Virus record (IMG/VR): IMGVR_UViG_3300005326_000044
Location: 28,720 to 92,719 of that record
DNA from: a virus
Direction: 5' to 3' (one strand)
Length of the DNA stretch: 64,000 bases
Of the stretch, positions 9,898-20,100 are shown piece by piece (positions within the stretch are counted from its first letter, which is position 1; each line of letters begins with the position of its first letter). The notes under the pieces are model-generated. The model saw nothing but the letters and a program-made list of their open reading frames with translations, did no database searches and was not told the DNA's origin. The position numbers were made by a program, and so were the translations under genes.

Positions 9898-11868
9898 ATG
9901 CCTCGATCAGGTAAATGCAAAACAGATTCAATCAATTTTGATATTAATGGCCCGATGCTGCCATATCCGTCTCTTCCTGGATTCGGGCAGAATATCGGTT
10001 TGCCAGATCTTGGTTTGGCTCTTCCAGAAGGCTTTCCAGAAAACATCTTTGATCTTCTAAATAAACTAAAAATTAAATGGCCTGGAGGAATTGATCTACA
10101 AGGGTACTTGGATAGTTTTATGAAAAAGCTATCCCACTTGCTTGCCAACTTGTTGACACAAATGTCTGTATTTTTGGCTATTTACAATTTGATTTTAGCA
10201 ATCATTCAAATGATCGTTTGTATCATTGAAGTATTGTGCGGTGCGATTCGAAAGATACCTAAAAAATTAAAGAAGCTTTTTAGAACATGTATTCCTATTT
10301 TTATTTCTATTTTCCCGTTCCTCGCTCTTATAGCATTGATTCTTGCTATCATCGCAATGCTGATGGCTCTTATCAATTACATTATTGCAATGCTAAAGAA
10401 GATTTGGGAAGAACTCAAGCGCAATTTTGAAAATCTGAAACATTTAGTTTTAACTGACGGTAATCGCGCAGGCAATATTGCTGTTGTTCGTAAAATTTCG
10501 TCGATTTTGTGCATCTTAGAAAACGTTTTGATTATGTTTTTATTGGTGAAGGTTGTTATTGACACAATCAAAGCTCTCTTGAAACGCAAAATCAACAAAC
10601 CTTGTTCCGGCACAAGTGATTGTAGCTGCTGTACAAGTTGTTCAGATTTGTTGCAGCATCCGGACCAAGTAGCTAACAAGAACCTCACAATTACTTATTC
10701 GGGTTCAGCGCCTCTAGTTGAAAACCTGGATGCCACCGAGGTCGTCACAGCTATATCTACAGATATGGTTTCGCCTTATCGTTTTACAGAAATTCTCAGT
10801 ACAACATTCAATGGCTGTAATGTCGGTCCATTTTTCCCGCCTCAGCCAATTGATTCTTATACTGCTGACCGTGCCCCATACGTTTTGAACATCAAGATGC
10901 CGTATACTTCTTCTCTTGGCACAAGGGAAATTGTGGTGAATGATGTTGTAGTAGCTTGGGTCGAAGCTGACCCTGTTGGAAGCGGAAAGGTTCGTTTGGT
11001 GGGAGGTAAAGCCGAAGACCCAAGCAAAGAAATTACTGGGTATACTTTGCTTCAATGTTTACGCGGCAAAGATATGCCTAAGATGGCTCCTGGTATTCCA
11101 GTCAATTCTATAACAGTATCTGGAACAATTGGTGAACTCAAGGTTAATCTAGAAGAACTATTTGTCTTGAACCTAACATCTGCTGATTGTATGCCTGAGG
11201 TTGCCGCAGAGAGAGACGCTTTCTTCGCCACTATTGATGATAGTATGTTGGATGACCTTGTTTTCCCTGATATAGGCGAGGCAATGGACAATATGACCAA
11301 CGCCATTAATGGTTTGAGGGCAAATTTTAATGACGCAAACATTGATAATTTCTACAACAACATGAATGGTATCTTGGGGGACCTTCTCGACCAAGCTGAA
11401 AATACCTATACTGATACTTTGAATTTTATGGTGAGCCCACTACATTCTACAGCTTCATTAAGTCCTGAGATTCAATTTACCGGCAAAGAAATTGATGTCA
11501 TTGTAGTTCTTCGAAATGCTGTGCTTCAGACTATCAAGGATGTTGTAGGAGATTATGCAATTCCAACAAAAACACAAGACGCTCTTAGAGAAAAAATTAC
11601 AGCTGAGGCTTCCTTAGGTGTTGTTTCAGATTTCACTTATGACAATGACGGCAATTTTGTCGCCAAGATTGCTAGCACTACTGAAGGTGATGGAATTTTG
11701 AAAGTGTTTTGGGACAAACAACAACTTGGGCAGATTATACGCCCTGTCAATTTGGATGAACCAACGACAATCGTTGAAATAGAACTGCCTTATTCCTTTG
11801 TTGGCTTTACGGCTGATGAAGTTACCAAGCCTCGCAGAGATGAAAGCGACACAGCAAACAACAGGTAA
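9898..11868 (+). CDS. Virion-associated protein with hydrophobic helices, Cys cluster and C-terminal invasin/Big_1-like Ig domain
   Basis: Long hydrophobic stretches around aa 80-225; CSGTSDCSCCTSC; LGVVSDFTYDNDGNFVAKIASTTEG Ig-like motif. Confidence 0.5.
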   Translation: MPRSGKCKTDSINFDINGPMLPYPSLPGFGQNIGLPDLGLALPEGFPENIFDLLNKLKIKWPGGIDLQGYLDSFMKKLSHLLANLLTQMSVFLAIYNLILAIIQMIVCIIEVLCGAIRKIPKKLKKLFRTCIPIFISIFPFLALIALILAIIAMLMALINYIIAMLKKIWEELKRNFENLKHLVLTDGNRAGNIAVVRKISSILCILENVLIMFLLVKVVIDTIKALLKRKINKPCSGTSDCSCCTSCSDLLQHPDQVANKNLTITYSGSAPLVENLDATEVVTAISTDMVSPYRFTEILSTTFNGCNVGPFFPPQPIDSYTADRAPYVLNIKMPYTSSLGTREIVVNDVVVAWVEADPVGSGKVRLVGGKAEDPSKEITGYTLLQCLRGKDMPKMAPGIPVNSITVSGTIGELKVNLEELFVLNLTSADCMPEVAAERDAFFATIDDSMLDDLVFPDIGEAMDNMTNAINGLRANFNDANIDNFYNNMNGILGDLLDQAENTYTDTLNFMVSPLHSTASLSPEIQFTGKEIDVIVVLRNAVLQTIKDVVGDYAIPTKTQDALREKITAEASLGVVSDFTYDNDGNFVAKIASTTEGDGILKVFWDKQQLGQIIRPVNLDEPTTIVEIELPYSFVGFTADEVTKPRRDESDTANNR

Positions 11869-11871
11869 ATT

Positions 11872-13398
11872 ATGGGATCTAACGAAGTCATTAAAACAAT
11901 TGTGGAAACATATAAACAGTTTCCATTAGACAAAGGGTCTCTCCAATCTTTTATATCCTCAATTTTTGCTAAAATTGACGCGCATAGATTGCGTGTAGTC
12001 AAAGACGAAAACAATAAGGTTTCTACGGAGGATATGATTTCTTCCGGGCGCACTCTTGATGAAACCTTTGATGAATCTTATTGCCATGCTTTCTACCGCA
12101 TGTTGGGCCTCCCTGTGATTTCTAAGAATATGAAATTCTACAATCCAGGGTCTTATGGAAAAGCAATGACGCACACAGAGAATCAGCTGTTCCATAGCAA
12201 CATCAATAAAAATCAAGACGTTGGGCTGGCTGCGTTAGAAGATTTGCGAGAGTCTAGTTGTAACTATAACCTGTTTTTATTTAGCAGCGAAGGAACTTTA
12301 GCAAGAGAATATAAGATATCTATGCTAAAATACCCGAAGCCGATTTGTATGCTGGGTGATATTGACTCTCCTTTCAAGCCAGATAATGAACAACAGTTAA
12401 AAATTACTGAGCGAGGAAGTGATAGTCTTTATGTGAAACATTTTTTACGCCCATTCAAATGTAACGCTAAAATTGCGCCAGCTTCAAAATCTAGAACCGC
12501 AGCTAAGCTTGCGGCTCCTTTCTATGAAAGCAAGATGGATGAAAGTGTGGAGAAATTAGAAAAGCAATATATTGAAACTGTTTGCAAATTGCGTTTTACT
12601 GAGCCGTCATCGGATATCAAAGGCCAGATTGAAACGATGATTGCGGGAATGCAAACGGTAGAAATTGACGGGAAGAACCCGTTCAAGAAGCTTTTGTCCA
12701 ATCAATCAGCTTTAGAGATTTTTGTATCTAACGTTTTGTTTGCAAATTTTGTAAACGCCTGCTTGATATATTCTGATAAAATTGCAGAGTTCCGAAGTCT
12801 TGGAGATAAAATTGATGCAGCACAAGAAAAACAAAGCAAGATTACAGCTAAGATTGAGCAGCTAGAGCGTGACTACAACTTCTATTCTGGGATGGTCGTG
12901 TTCATGCCTCCGGATTTCAAACACAAATTCAGAGGACAAGAGTATGCTTCTCAGAACCCACATTCAGGAGTTCTTGCCTCAGAACTTGTTTCTTTAATTG
13001 ATTCGCCCGCAAGTTATTGTCTTAAGAATTTAGAAAGCGCAAAGAGCACAGAAAAAAGTATTAAAGCAGAAGCAAACGAAGTATCCAATGATATGTTTTA
13101 TTACACAGGAGAAGTAACTGGAATTGGCATTATTGATATCTTAGCTTTAATGTTGGCCTTTTGGTTAATCTCCAGAGACGCTCTAGTTTCTATGCTTGAT
13201 GAAGCATCATTTAGTAGACTCTGGAACGATGCAAATAATGAGCATTTGAGATGCGAGGCGGTCAAGACCCGCCATGACAAACAAGCCCCACCGCTAGACA
13301 TTGAGAAAGCCCTCACGGAATACGATCAGCAGGTCTTCAATCTATTAAGTCTAGCTGATTCAATAATTAAGCATAACAGCAAGGACAAATCCAAATAA
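11872..13398 (+). CDS. Hypothetical protein in baseplate operon
   Basis: 508-aa ORF tightly packed in operon; central coiled coil. Confidence 0.7.
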   Translation: MGSNEVIKTIVETYKQFPLDKGSLQSFISSIFAKIDAHRLRVVKDENNKVSTEDMISSGRTLDETFDESYCHAFYRMLGLPVISKNMKFYNPGSYGKAMTHTENQLFHSNINKNQDVGLAALEDLRESSCNYNLFLFSSEGTLAREYKISMLKYPKPICMLGDIDSPFKPDNEQQLKITERGSDSLYVKHFLRPFKCNAKIAPASKSRTAAKLAAPFYESKMDESVEKLEKQYIETVCKLRFTEPSSDIKGQIETMIAGMQTVEIDGKNPFKKLLSNQSALEIFVSNVLFANFVNACLIYSDKIAEFRSLGDKIDAAQEKQSKITAKIEQLERDYNFYSGMVVFMPPDFKHKFRGQEYASQNPHSGVLASELVSLIDSPASYCLKNLESAKSTEKSIKAEANEVSNDMFYYTGEVTGIGIIDILALMLAFWLISRDALVSMLDEASFSRLWNDANNEHLRCEAVKTRHDKQAPPLDIEKALTEYDQQVFNLLSLADSIIKHNSKDKSK

Positions 13399-13405
13399 AA
13401 GGCGC

Positions 13406-13834
13406 ATGTCTTACGATTTGAAGCTAGAGAACGGAAACTTAAAGATTGCTTCCAACGGCGATTTGGAACAAGTCAAATATACAGATAAGCTCGTACAAGA
13501 CGTGCTCAAGCTTGCAATTACGCCTCTTGGCGCAAACCAACTTGTTTCTTGGTATGGCTCTAGCGTCGGCAAAACGCTCATTGGTGAACCTGCCGATCTT
13601 GAATTCGCCAAACAAATAACATCAACCCAGCTGGCTTCTTCGCTTGAAATGTTGAAGCTACTACAAACAAAACAAATGCAGTATCAAAACGTTGCCGCAT
13701 CAGAGGCAATAAGCAGGGTATTACAAGTGTATGTTGGGAATGATAAAACTGAACTAAGACAAGTCAATGTTATTATTTCTGTTCTAACCAGAGCAGGTGT
13801 CAGAATAAACCCATCCTTTGTTGTTCATATCTAG
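13406..13834 (+). CDS. gp25-like baseplate wedge / sheath initiator
   Basis: 142 aa; DLKL..GDL..KLVQDVLKLAITPLG..YGS motif; precedes baseplate J. Confidence 0.75.
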   Translation: MSYDLKLENGNLKIASNGDLEQVKYTDKLVQDVLKLAITPLGANQLVSWYGSSVGKTLIGEPADLEFAKQITSTQLASSLEMLKLLQTKQMQYQNVAASEAISRVLQVYVGNDKTELRQVNVIISVLTRAGVRINPSFVVHI

Positions 13835-13846
13835 TTAAAGAGAACC

Positions 13847-16800
13847 ATGGTTGTAATCCTATCAACGGCCCAGATCGTCCAGAGAACAATTGATTTCCTT
13901 AGAAATGCACAGCCTCTTCTTGATATTAAAGAGGGCTCGGTCGCTCGCGATCTTATGGTTGATTCTGTTGCAGTAAGGATGAGCGAACTATATGATGAGC
14001 TTAACAAAATTTCTACTTCTCAGTCTTTAGCGCGAAGCATCGGCTCAGAACTTGATAATCTAGTAAGCAACTATGGTGAAAGTAGACGCCCTGCCAGCAG
14101 ATCAATTGGTCCAGCTATACTAACATTTGAATCTATTTTATCGGACCTAATTATTCCAAGCGGAAGCTTGATCTACTCTAAAAGTGGCGTAACTTTTCGT
14201 GTAATCAGCACCTATTCTATTACGAGCGGTGATGAGGCTAGATATAAGTCGTTAGCTACAAGACTTCAGTCAGATCTTAGTTACCTAAATATTAGAGATC
14301 CTTATGCTATAGAAGTTTTAGCAGAATGCACGACTACTGGAGCCAGCGGCAACATTAGTAAGTATGCCCTTACATCAAGTAATATCACAGGCATTACTGG
14401 CGTCACGAACGTTGTAGCTTTTAGCGGCGGACTTCAGGCTGAAAGCGACACCGCATATCGCAACAGAATCATTTCCGTTTTCTCTGGGTCTAACACCGGA
14501 ACAGAACTAGGCTACACCAACAAAGTAGCCGTTGACCCAGCAGTATTGAGCGTTATCACGGTTGGCCCAGGTGATCCATTGATGACTCGGGACGATTCGA
14601 TTCAGATGACGGATTCTAGCGGGAATCTTGTGTTAGATGAAACGGGCGAACCTATTATCACTACGGACGGCACGGGTGGGAAAGTAGATGTATATGTTCA
14701 CGGCTTCAGACTGCTCGAAAACACACAGAGCACTATTTATAACGATAGGTCTGGACAAGATGACGCAACAGCGTCCCAAAACGATTTGGTTCTAGGACAA
14801 ATTCCTGGGTTTGAAACCGCTTCTCTTAATAAAAAGCGCATGCACGCTAAGAGGACAAGAGCGCTACCTGCACAACCAGTTGTTTCTATTCTTGAGGTTG
14901 TTGGCTCTCGAAGCGGAGCATTCCAAAGCGAGACGATCAATGAATATGGCGTATCTTCTGGGAATTATCGTCTTGTAAAAGACACTGGAGCTTATGCTGG
15001 CAGCCCGTTTGGTTTGGATAAAATCCAATGGATTCGTAATTCTACTGAGATTCTTGGAGAAGACGCAACAAAAACAAACAATAACGGACAGGACTCTTTA
15101 ACCTATTCAGACGTTCTTAATATTCAGAACGTGCGAAGAGTTATTACAGTCACAAATGAAAATTCAATTGTTAGTAAAGCTGATCGGTCTGAGATTACTT
15201 TAGCTCACACTCCTATCCGAAACATTATTAAGGTTGTAAACCTTACAACTGGTGAAAGATATGTAGTAAGCGATCGTAACCCTGATGGCGTCAGCGGAGC
15301 ATATAACTTGACCGGTAGAATTATTATCTCTGGTAATTCGTTGCCTTCTGTAAGCGACACCTTGCAGGTAGATTATGAGTGGATTTTCTACCACGACACT
15401 TATGTTGATTTTGATTCCAAAGCAATATCTGATAACATCAGAACGGCCACCGATTGTGTAGACTGGGGCTATTCAAACATGATTCGTCGAGAGCAAGTAA
15501 TGCTTTCGATTGACAATAATGTTGCTTCCCTTGTCGTGTCATTACCCGTTGCTGCCGTAGCAAATGTGAACAAAGTCTACACTGATTTGTCCAAAATTGT
15601 TACACTTGATAATTCCGGAAACCTACAAATCAGCAACTTAACACAATCAGTTTCTAATGTTGTTTCTGTTAGAACAATATCTGGAAAAGAATTATTTAGA
15701 ACCAACAAAAACAACGGTTATTTCGACAACAACAAGATTGTTTTACCAACCGATAGTCCTGCCGCTCAAGGTGACATCGTTGATATAGTTTATAATGCAA
15801 GAGATATTTTTATGGTCAACAATGTATCTGGAAGCTTTTCAGATACAACTATTACTCTTTTACCAGGAGCTATAACCGAATACGGACTTCAAGACGGCGA
15901 CTTGCTTGAAGTAAATTACATTTGTTCAGTATCTGAACTGTTCCCCACAACGGATATTTCTACGCTGCCTGCTGCTGGGCCGACAAACGCAAACAAGTTT
16001 AACACAGCATTAAGAACTGCGTTTGGTTTTCAGCCGATTTGTAATGTGTTCTCTGGAAACGTTATAACCGGCAACCTAAGAAAGTCGCCATCTAAATTGG
16101 CTATTAATTTCTCCGGCATTCTTACTCCTGGAGTTCTTAGTATTAAGGGCGACGTTTACAATTTGTTTGATCAGGTAGTATTTACAGCTACATCAAATGG
16201 CATCATACAAGACTTGACCGGAGCCATTAAATTAGGGCTAGGATTAGGCTCGGATGATTCTTTACCGGCCAATATTCGTTTGGCTAAGATTGTAAAGGTT
16301 GAAAAAGTTGAAGCAACCAACAGTATAGTTACTTCGGTTCTATCTGATTACGATGTTGTTGGGTACAAGCTGAAAAACGCAGACTTCACTTTAGATACAG
16401 CCGTTACAGAAGCTACTTTGCGCCCTACACAATTTGAGCTTCCTAGCACCACGACAAATGAGGCTTCGCCTATTTTGGCTGGCGATAAGCTAAGAGTTTC
16501 ATTTTATACTTTTACTCCGGATGTTACTGAACAAGTGTCTGTTTCAACCAACGGCATTCAATACACCACAAATAGTTATGGGCACATAACTCTTATTTCT
16601 GTTGCCAGCGGATTCAAAACAGGAACAACGTATACTGGATCTATTTCAATATCCGCGATGAACCAACCTTCTATTGGAACAAGATATAAAGCCGCTTATA
16701 CGCATAGGACTCCTAAACCAGGAGAAAGAATCACGATGCGATATAGCTACAATTCGCTTATCAATGACGTAACTATAAACTTAGAACGAGATCGTCAGTT

Positions 16801-17125
16801 GACCGCTGATGTTTTGATCAAAGAAGCGCCTTACATCCAAATAGACTTAACTGCCTCTATTATTATAGCGAAAACACACAAGAACTCATCAAGATCAGTC
16901 GCTCAAAGCGTAGCCGATGCTATCACGGCAACCATCAATCAACTTAAGATGGGCTCGGTGCTTCATGCTTCAGATCTGATTAATGCCGCGTATCAAGTTG
17001 CTGGGTTAGATTCCATAAGAATTACAAGGTTCAACAAGGCCGGTCTCACCGGTCAGGTTTTGAAAATTCAAACGCTAAGAAATCAATACCTTCAAGCAAA
17101 CACAATTTCAATAACTATAGAATAA
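13847..17125 (+). CDS. Baseplate J-like (gp6-like) wedge protein with large insertion
   Basis: DIKEGSVARDL, ELDNL..YG..R, AECTTTGASGNI, FSGGLQAESDTAYRNR, C-terminal LKMG..SDLI..VAGLD. Confidence 0.85.
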   Translation: MVVILSTAQIVQRTIDFLRNAQPLLDIKEGSVARDLMVDSVAVRMSELYDELNKISTSQSLARSIGSELDNLVSNYGESRRPASRSIGPAILTFESILSDLIIPSGSLIYSKSGVTFRVISTYSITSGDEARYKSLATRLQSDLSYLNIRDPYAIEVLAECTTTGASGNISKYALTSSNITGITGVTNVVAFSGGLQAESDTAYRNRIISVFSGSNTGTELGYTNKVAVDPAVLSVITVGPGDPLMTRDDSIQMTDSSGNLVLDETGEPIITTDGTGGKVDVYVHGFRLLENTQSTIYNDRSGQDDATASQNDLVLGQIPGFETASLNKKRMHAKRTRALPAQPVVSILEVVGSRSGAFQSETINEYGVSSGNYRLVKDTGAYAGSPFGLDKIQWIRNSTEILGEDATKTNNNGQDSLTYSDVLNIQNVRRVITVTNENSIVSKADRSEITLAHTPIRNIIKVVNLTTGERYVVSDRNPDGVSGAYNLTGRIIISGNSLPSVSDTLQVDYEWIFYHDTYVDFDSKAISDNIRTATDCVDWGYSNMIRREQVMLSIDNNVASLVVSLPVAAVANVNKVYTDLSKIVTLDNSGNLQISNLTQSVSNVVSVRTISGKELFRTNKNNGYFDNNKIVLPTDSPAAQGDIVDIVYNARDIFMVNNVSGSFSDTTITLLPGAITEYGLQDGDLLEVNYICSVSELFPTTDISTLPAAGPTNANKFNTALRTAFGFQPICNVFSGNVITGNLRKSPSKLAINFSGILTPGVLSIKGDVYNLFDQVVFTATSNGIIQDLTGAIKLGLGLGSDDSLPANIRLAKIVKVEKVEATNSIVTSVLSDYDVVGYKLKNADFTLDTAVTEATLRPTQFELPSTTTNEASPILAGDKLRVSFYTFTPDVTEQVSVSTNGIQYTTNSYGHITLISVASGFKTGTTYTGSISISAMNQPSIGTRYKAAYTHRTPKPGERITMRYSYNSLINDVTINLERDRQLTADVLIKEAPYIQIDLTASIIIAKTHKNSSRSVAQSVADAITATINQLKMGSVLHASDLINAAYQVAGLDSIRITRFNKAGLTGQVLKIQTLRNQYLQANTISITIE

Positions 17126-17169
17126 CCCAGCATAAGTAAGAAAGAATATCCTACCGCTGCTAAGGAACG

Positions 17170-20100
17170 ATGGTAACAAATCTCAGAATAGTGGAATGTA
17201 AGGTTTTAAATTCTCGCACAATTCGAGCCAGATTTTCTGAACCGCTTGATTCTACAGTGCGCGCAGAAAATATTAGCGTTGCATCCATCACATCAGGCGT
17301 ACCAGACCCGATAGTAACGAAAACCGCTATCAAGCCTAACAACGTGCTTGATATAACAACATTGCCTCTATCTCCAGCAGCACATTACGAAATTACTTTT
17401 GCCAGCACAAATCTCAGGCCGTTCAGAAGCGTCAACGGCTCGGTTTTATTTGAAGACGGAAAAACAAACATTTTAGTAATTACTGGTCCACCATCGACAG
17501 ATAATTTTGTGTTCAATCGAATGGTGAAATTTCTAAAAGATACACCATATGAAACAGACCAGCCTGGAGTTATCAAAGATTATCTACACACTGTTTCAGA
17601 CCTTTTGATGAAATCGTTTCACGATATTCGCCAGTGTAAATCTGATAATTACCTAAACATTTTAGTTACTGACGAAATTCACAAGAGAGAATCTGGGCCA
17701 TTTGATCGTTTGGATAATGAAGGGGTATACGAGATATTACGGGTTGGCCTAAACCAAACTGGAACAACCATCCAACATTCAGCTTCATATAGTGAGTTTC
17801 CAGCTACGCCTGTATCTCTTCAGGAAGTTAGAGTTGCCAATGAACAGCTTCGAACTGCCGGTGCTGGAAGTGTTGGTTTCTATAAAGACGTTTTGACGTT
17901 AGCTCACGCTAACATTATTCGACTTGATTCGATGACTGTTTTCTATGAAAATGGTTCAACAGCAAATTACGACATCAATGCTTACGGATATCAGCTTCAA
18001 ACATCCAGGTATGACAAAAAAGCTTCGCCTTTAGTTGCTTTAGAAAATAACCAAGTTAAACTTAGTGATAAAGCTATTTTTTCTGGATTCAAAGCGCCTG
18101 TGCCTGGAGACATTGTTCACATAAGTTATGCTTATAAGGACACCGGTAGAATTGTTGAACAAGCTGATGATATTTCTATTTATGAAATCAAGCAAGCTGT
18201 ACGTGAAGTGTGTCCTCCAGTTGCAACCGTCTTTTCGCTAGGGCATGCCCCAATTACAGATCAAAGCGGGCAAACTACACCAGCGTTGAATGAAATTCAA
18301 TTTTTAGACCCTCTTGCTGTTCCTCCGTACTCAAGACGGCACGCAGCCTTTCAAAAGGAAATTGATTATAACCCCGAGAGGATGCCGTCGGTCGCTGGTG
18401 AATACTCTATCGATTATGACACTGGTAAAGTGTACGTGTACGGTATAAACAGAACCGAGGATGTTGGAACTGGAAGATTTCCTCCGGTATGCACGTACTA
18501 TTATAAATTCCTATACACAGCTGATTTAGATTACACCTACAACGAAACTCTACAGGAAGTTGCAGCAAGTTCTATTAGAGACTTGCCTGGGAAAAATGTT
18601 GTCTTACAATTTAGATACTCTAACAATCTAATTCCTGGTGTTGATTTTTCTGCTCAAATTCATACTGAAGAACTCGCGGAGCGCGTTCAAAACAGAGTTT
18701 CTACTCAACGTTCCGTAAAAGTATTACACCCACCAATAACCAATGCGTTTCGCGTATTGAACGAAACAACAGGTGAGCAATACGGTATCACCAGGTTTAA
18801 TGATGATACCATTTACTTTAATTCCCAAACTCCACCATCATTTTTTACTATCAACCGGGAACGAGTAACCTTTAAACAATTTTCAAATGAGCCTCTAATT
18901 AAATCGGATGAAACAACTAATGCTGGCGGATTGAATGTTTGGAAATTCTTTCTAAATAACTCTAAGATTGTTTCAACAACAGATGATTGCTTGGGTTCAA
19001 AAATCAGCACATCGCTAATGTTTACCGATACAGATTCGTTTAGTAACGAATTGTATTTCGAGCGTGACGCAACCGTTACCGCGAATGTTGATAGGCTAAC
19101 GGCGTATGGTGATTATGTTGTTGATTACTATAATGGAATTATCTGGTGTGCTGTTCCTTCAAATCATGTTGATAATGTAGGCGCAATTTCTTATCGAGCA
19201 TGTTGGATTGTTACTAATTATCCAAATATTATGTCTGTTCTTGATTTGTATACTCAAACTGACGGCGAAGCACAAAAAATCAAATACGATTATGCTGATT
19301 TTGACGCAGAGACCGTTAGCCTTTTGCAGTATCCGTCTTCTGATATTTATCTTTCAGAGGACACCACTTTAACTATTGTTGACGGTGTAATTTCTTTGCC
19401 AATTGCAGGCAAGATGGTGCGTCATCTGTATGATTATTCTTCGGTGGTCAACAATGAGTTATTGATTGATTTCGCTTCCGCTACCACTGTAACAGGGTCT
19501 GCCGCCAATGTAGGCGCAGTCTCTCATTATACAACAGCACAAGTAGCAGGAAATGGCACCATAGTGTTAAGTGATTTGCCCGTAAACGTTAAGCTTACCT
19601 CCATCACAAGAATTCTAAACTCTCAAGGAACAGAGTTGTTCAACACGCAAATCGCTGATGGAAGCGTTTTGAATCATACAGTTACTCTTCCTTCAGATAC
19701 AACCGCAATTGCTGGAGAATCGGTAACCGTTATTGCGATGGTTGAATTAGTAAATTCGACTTCTGTTCTTGTTGATGTTGATGCTGGCGGGCTGTTTATT
19801 GATTATATCTTTTGTAACGACGAGATTGTTGTTAGTTATGAACATGGTGATAATTGTCTTGATTTTCGCGAGTCTACAACCGTTCCAGAAGGAACTATTT
19901 ACTATGTAACATATCGGTATGGCGCGCTTCGCGATGCTCTTTTTGCAAACTTTGGGTCCATTATTGAAATGGATATTTTCAAAGAATTTAGCGTAAACTT
20001 GCCGCGAGAACGGTATCGCGATGCGATAATGGCTTGTCTTCAAACGTTTCCTAAAGGACCAACTGCCGCTGCTGTTTCAAATATTGCTAAGATTATATCT

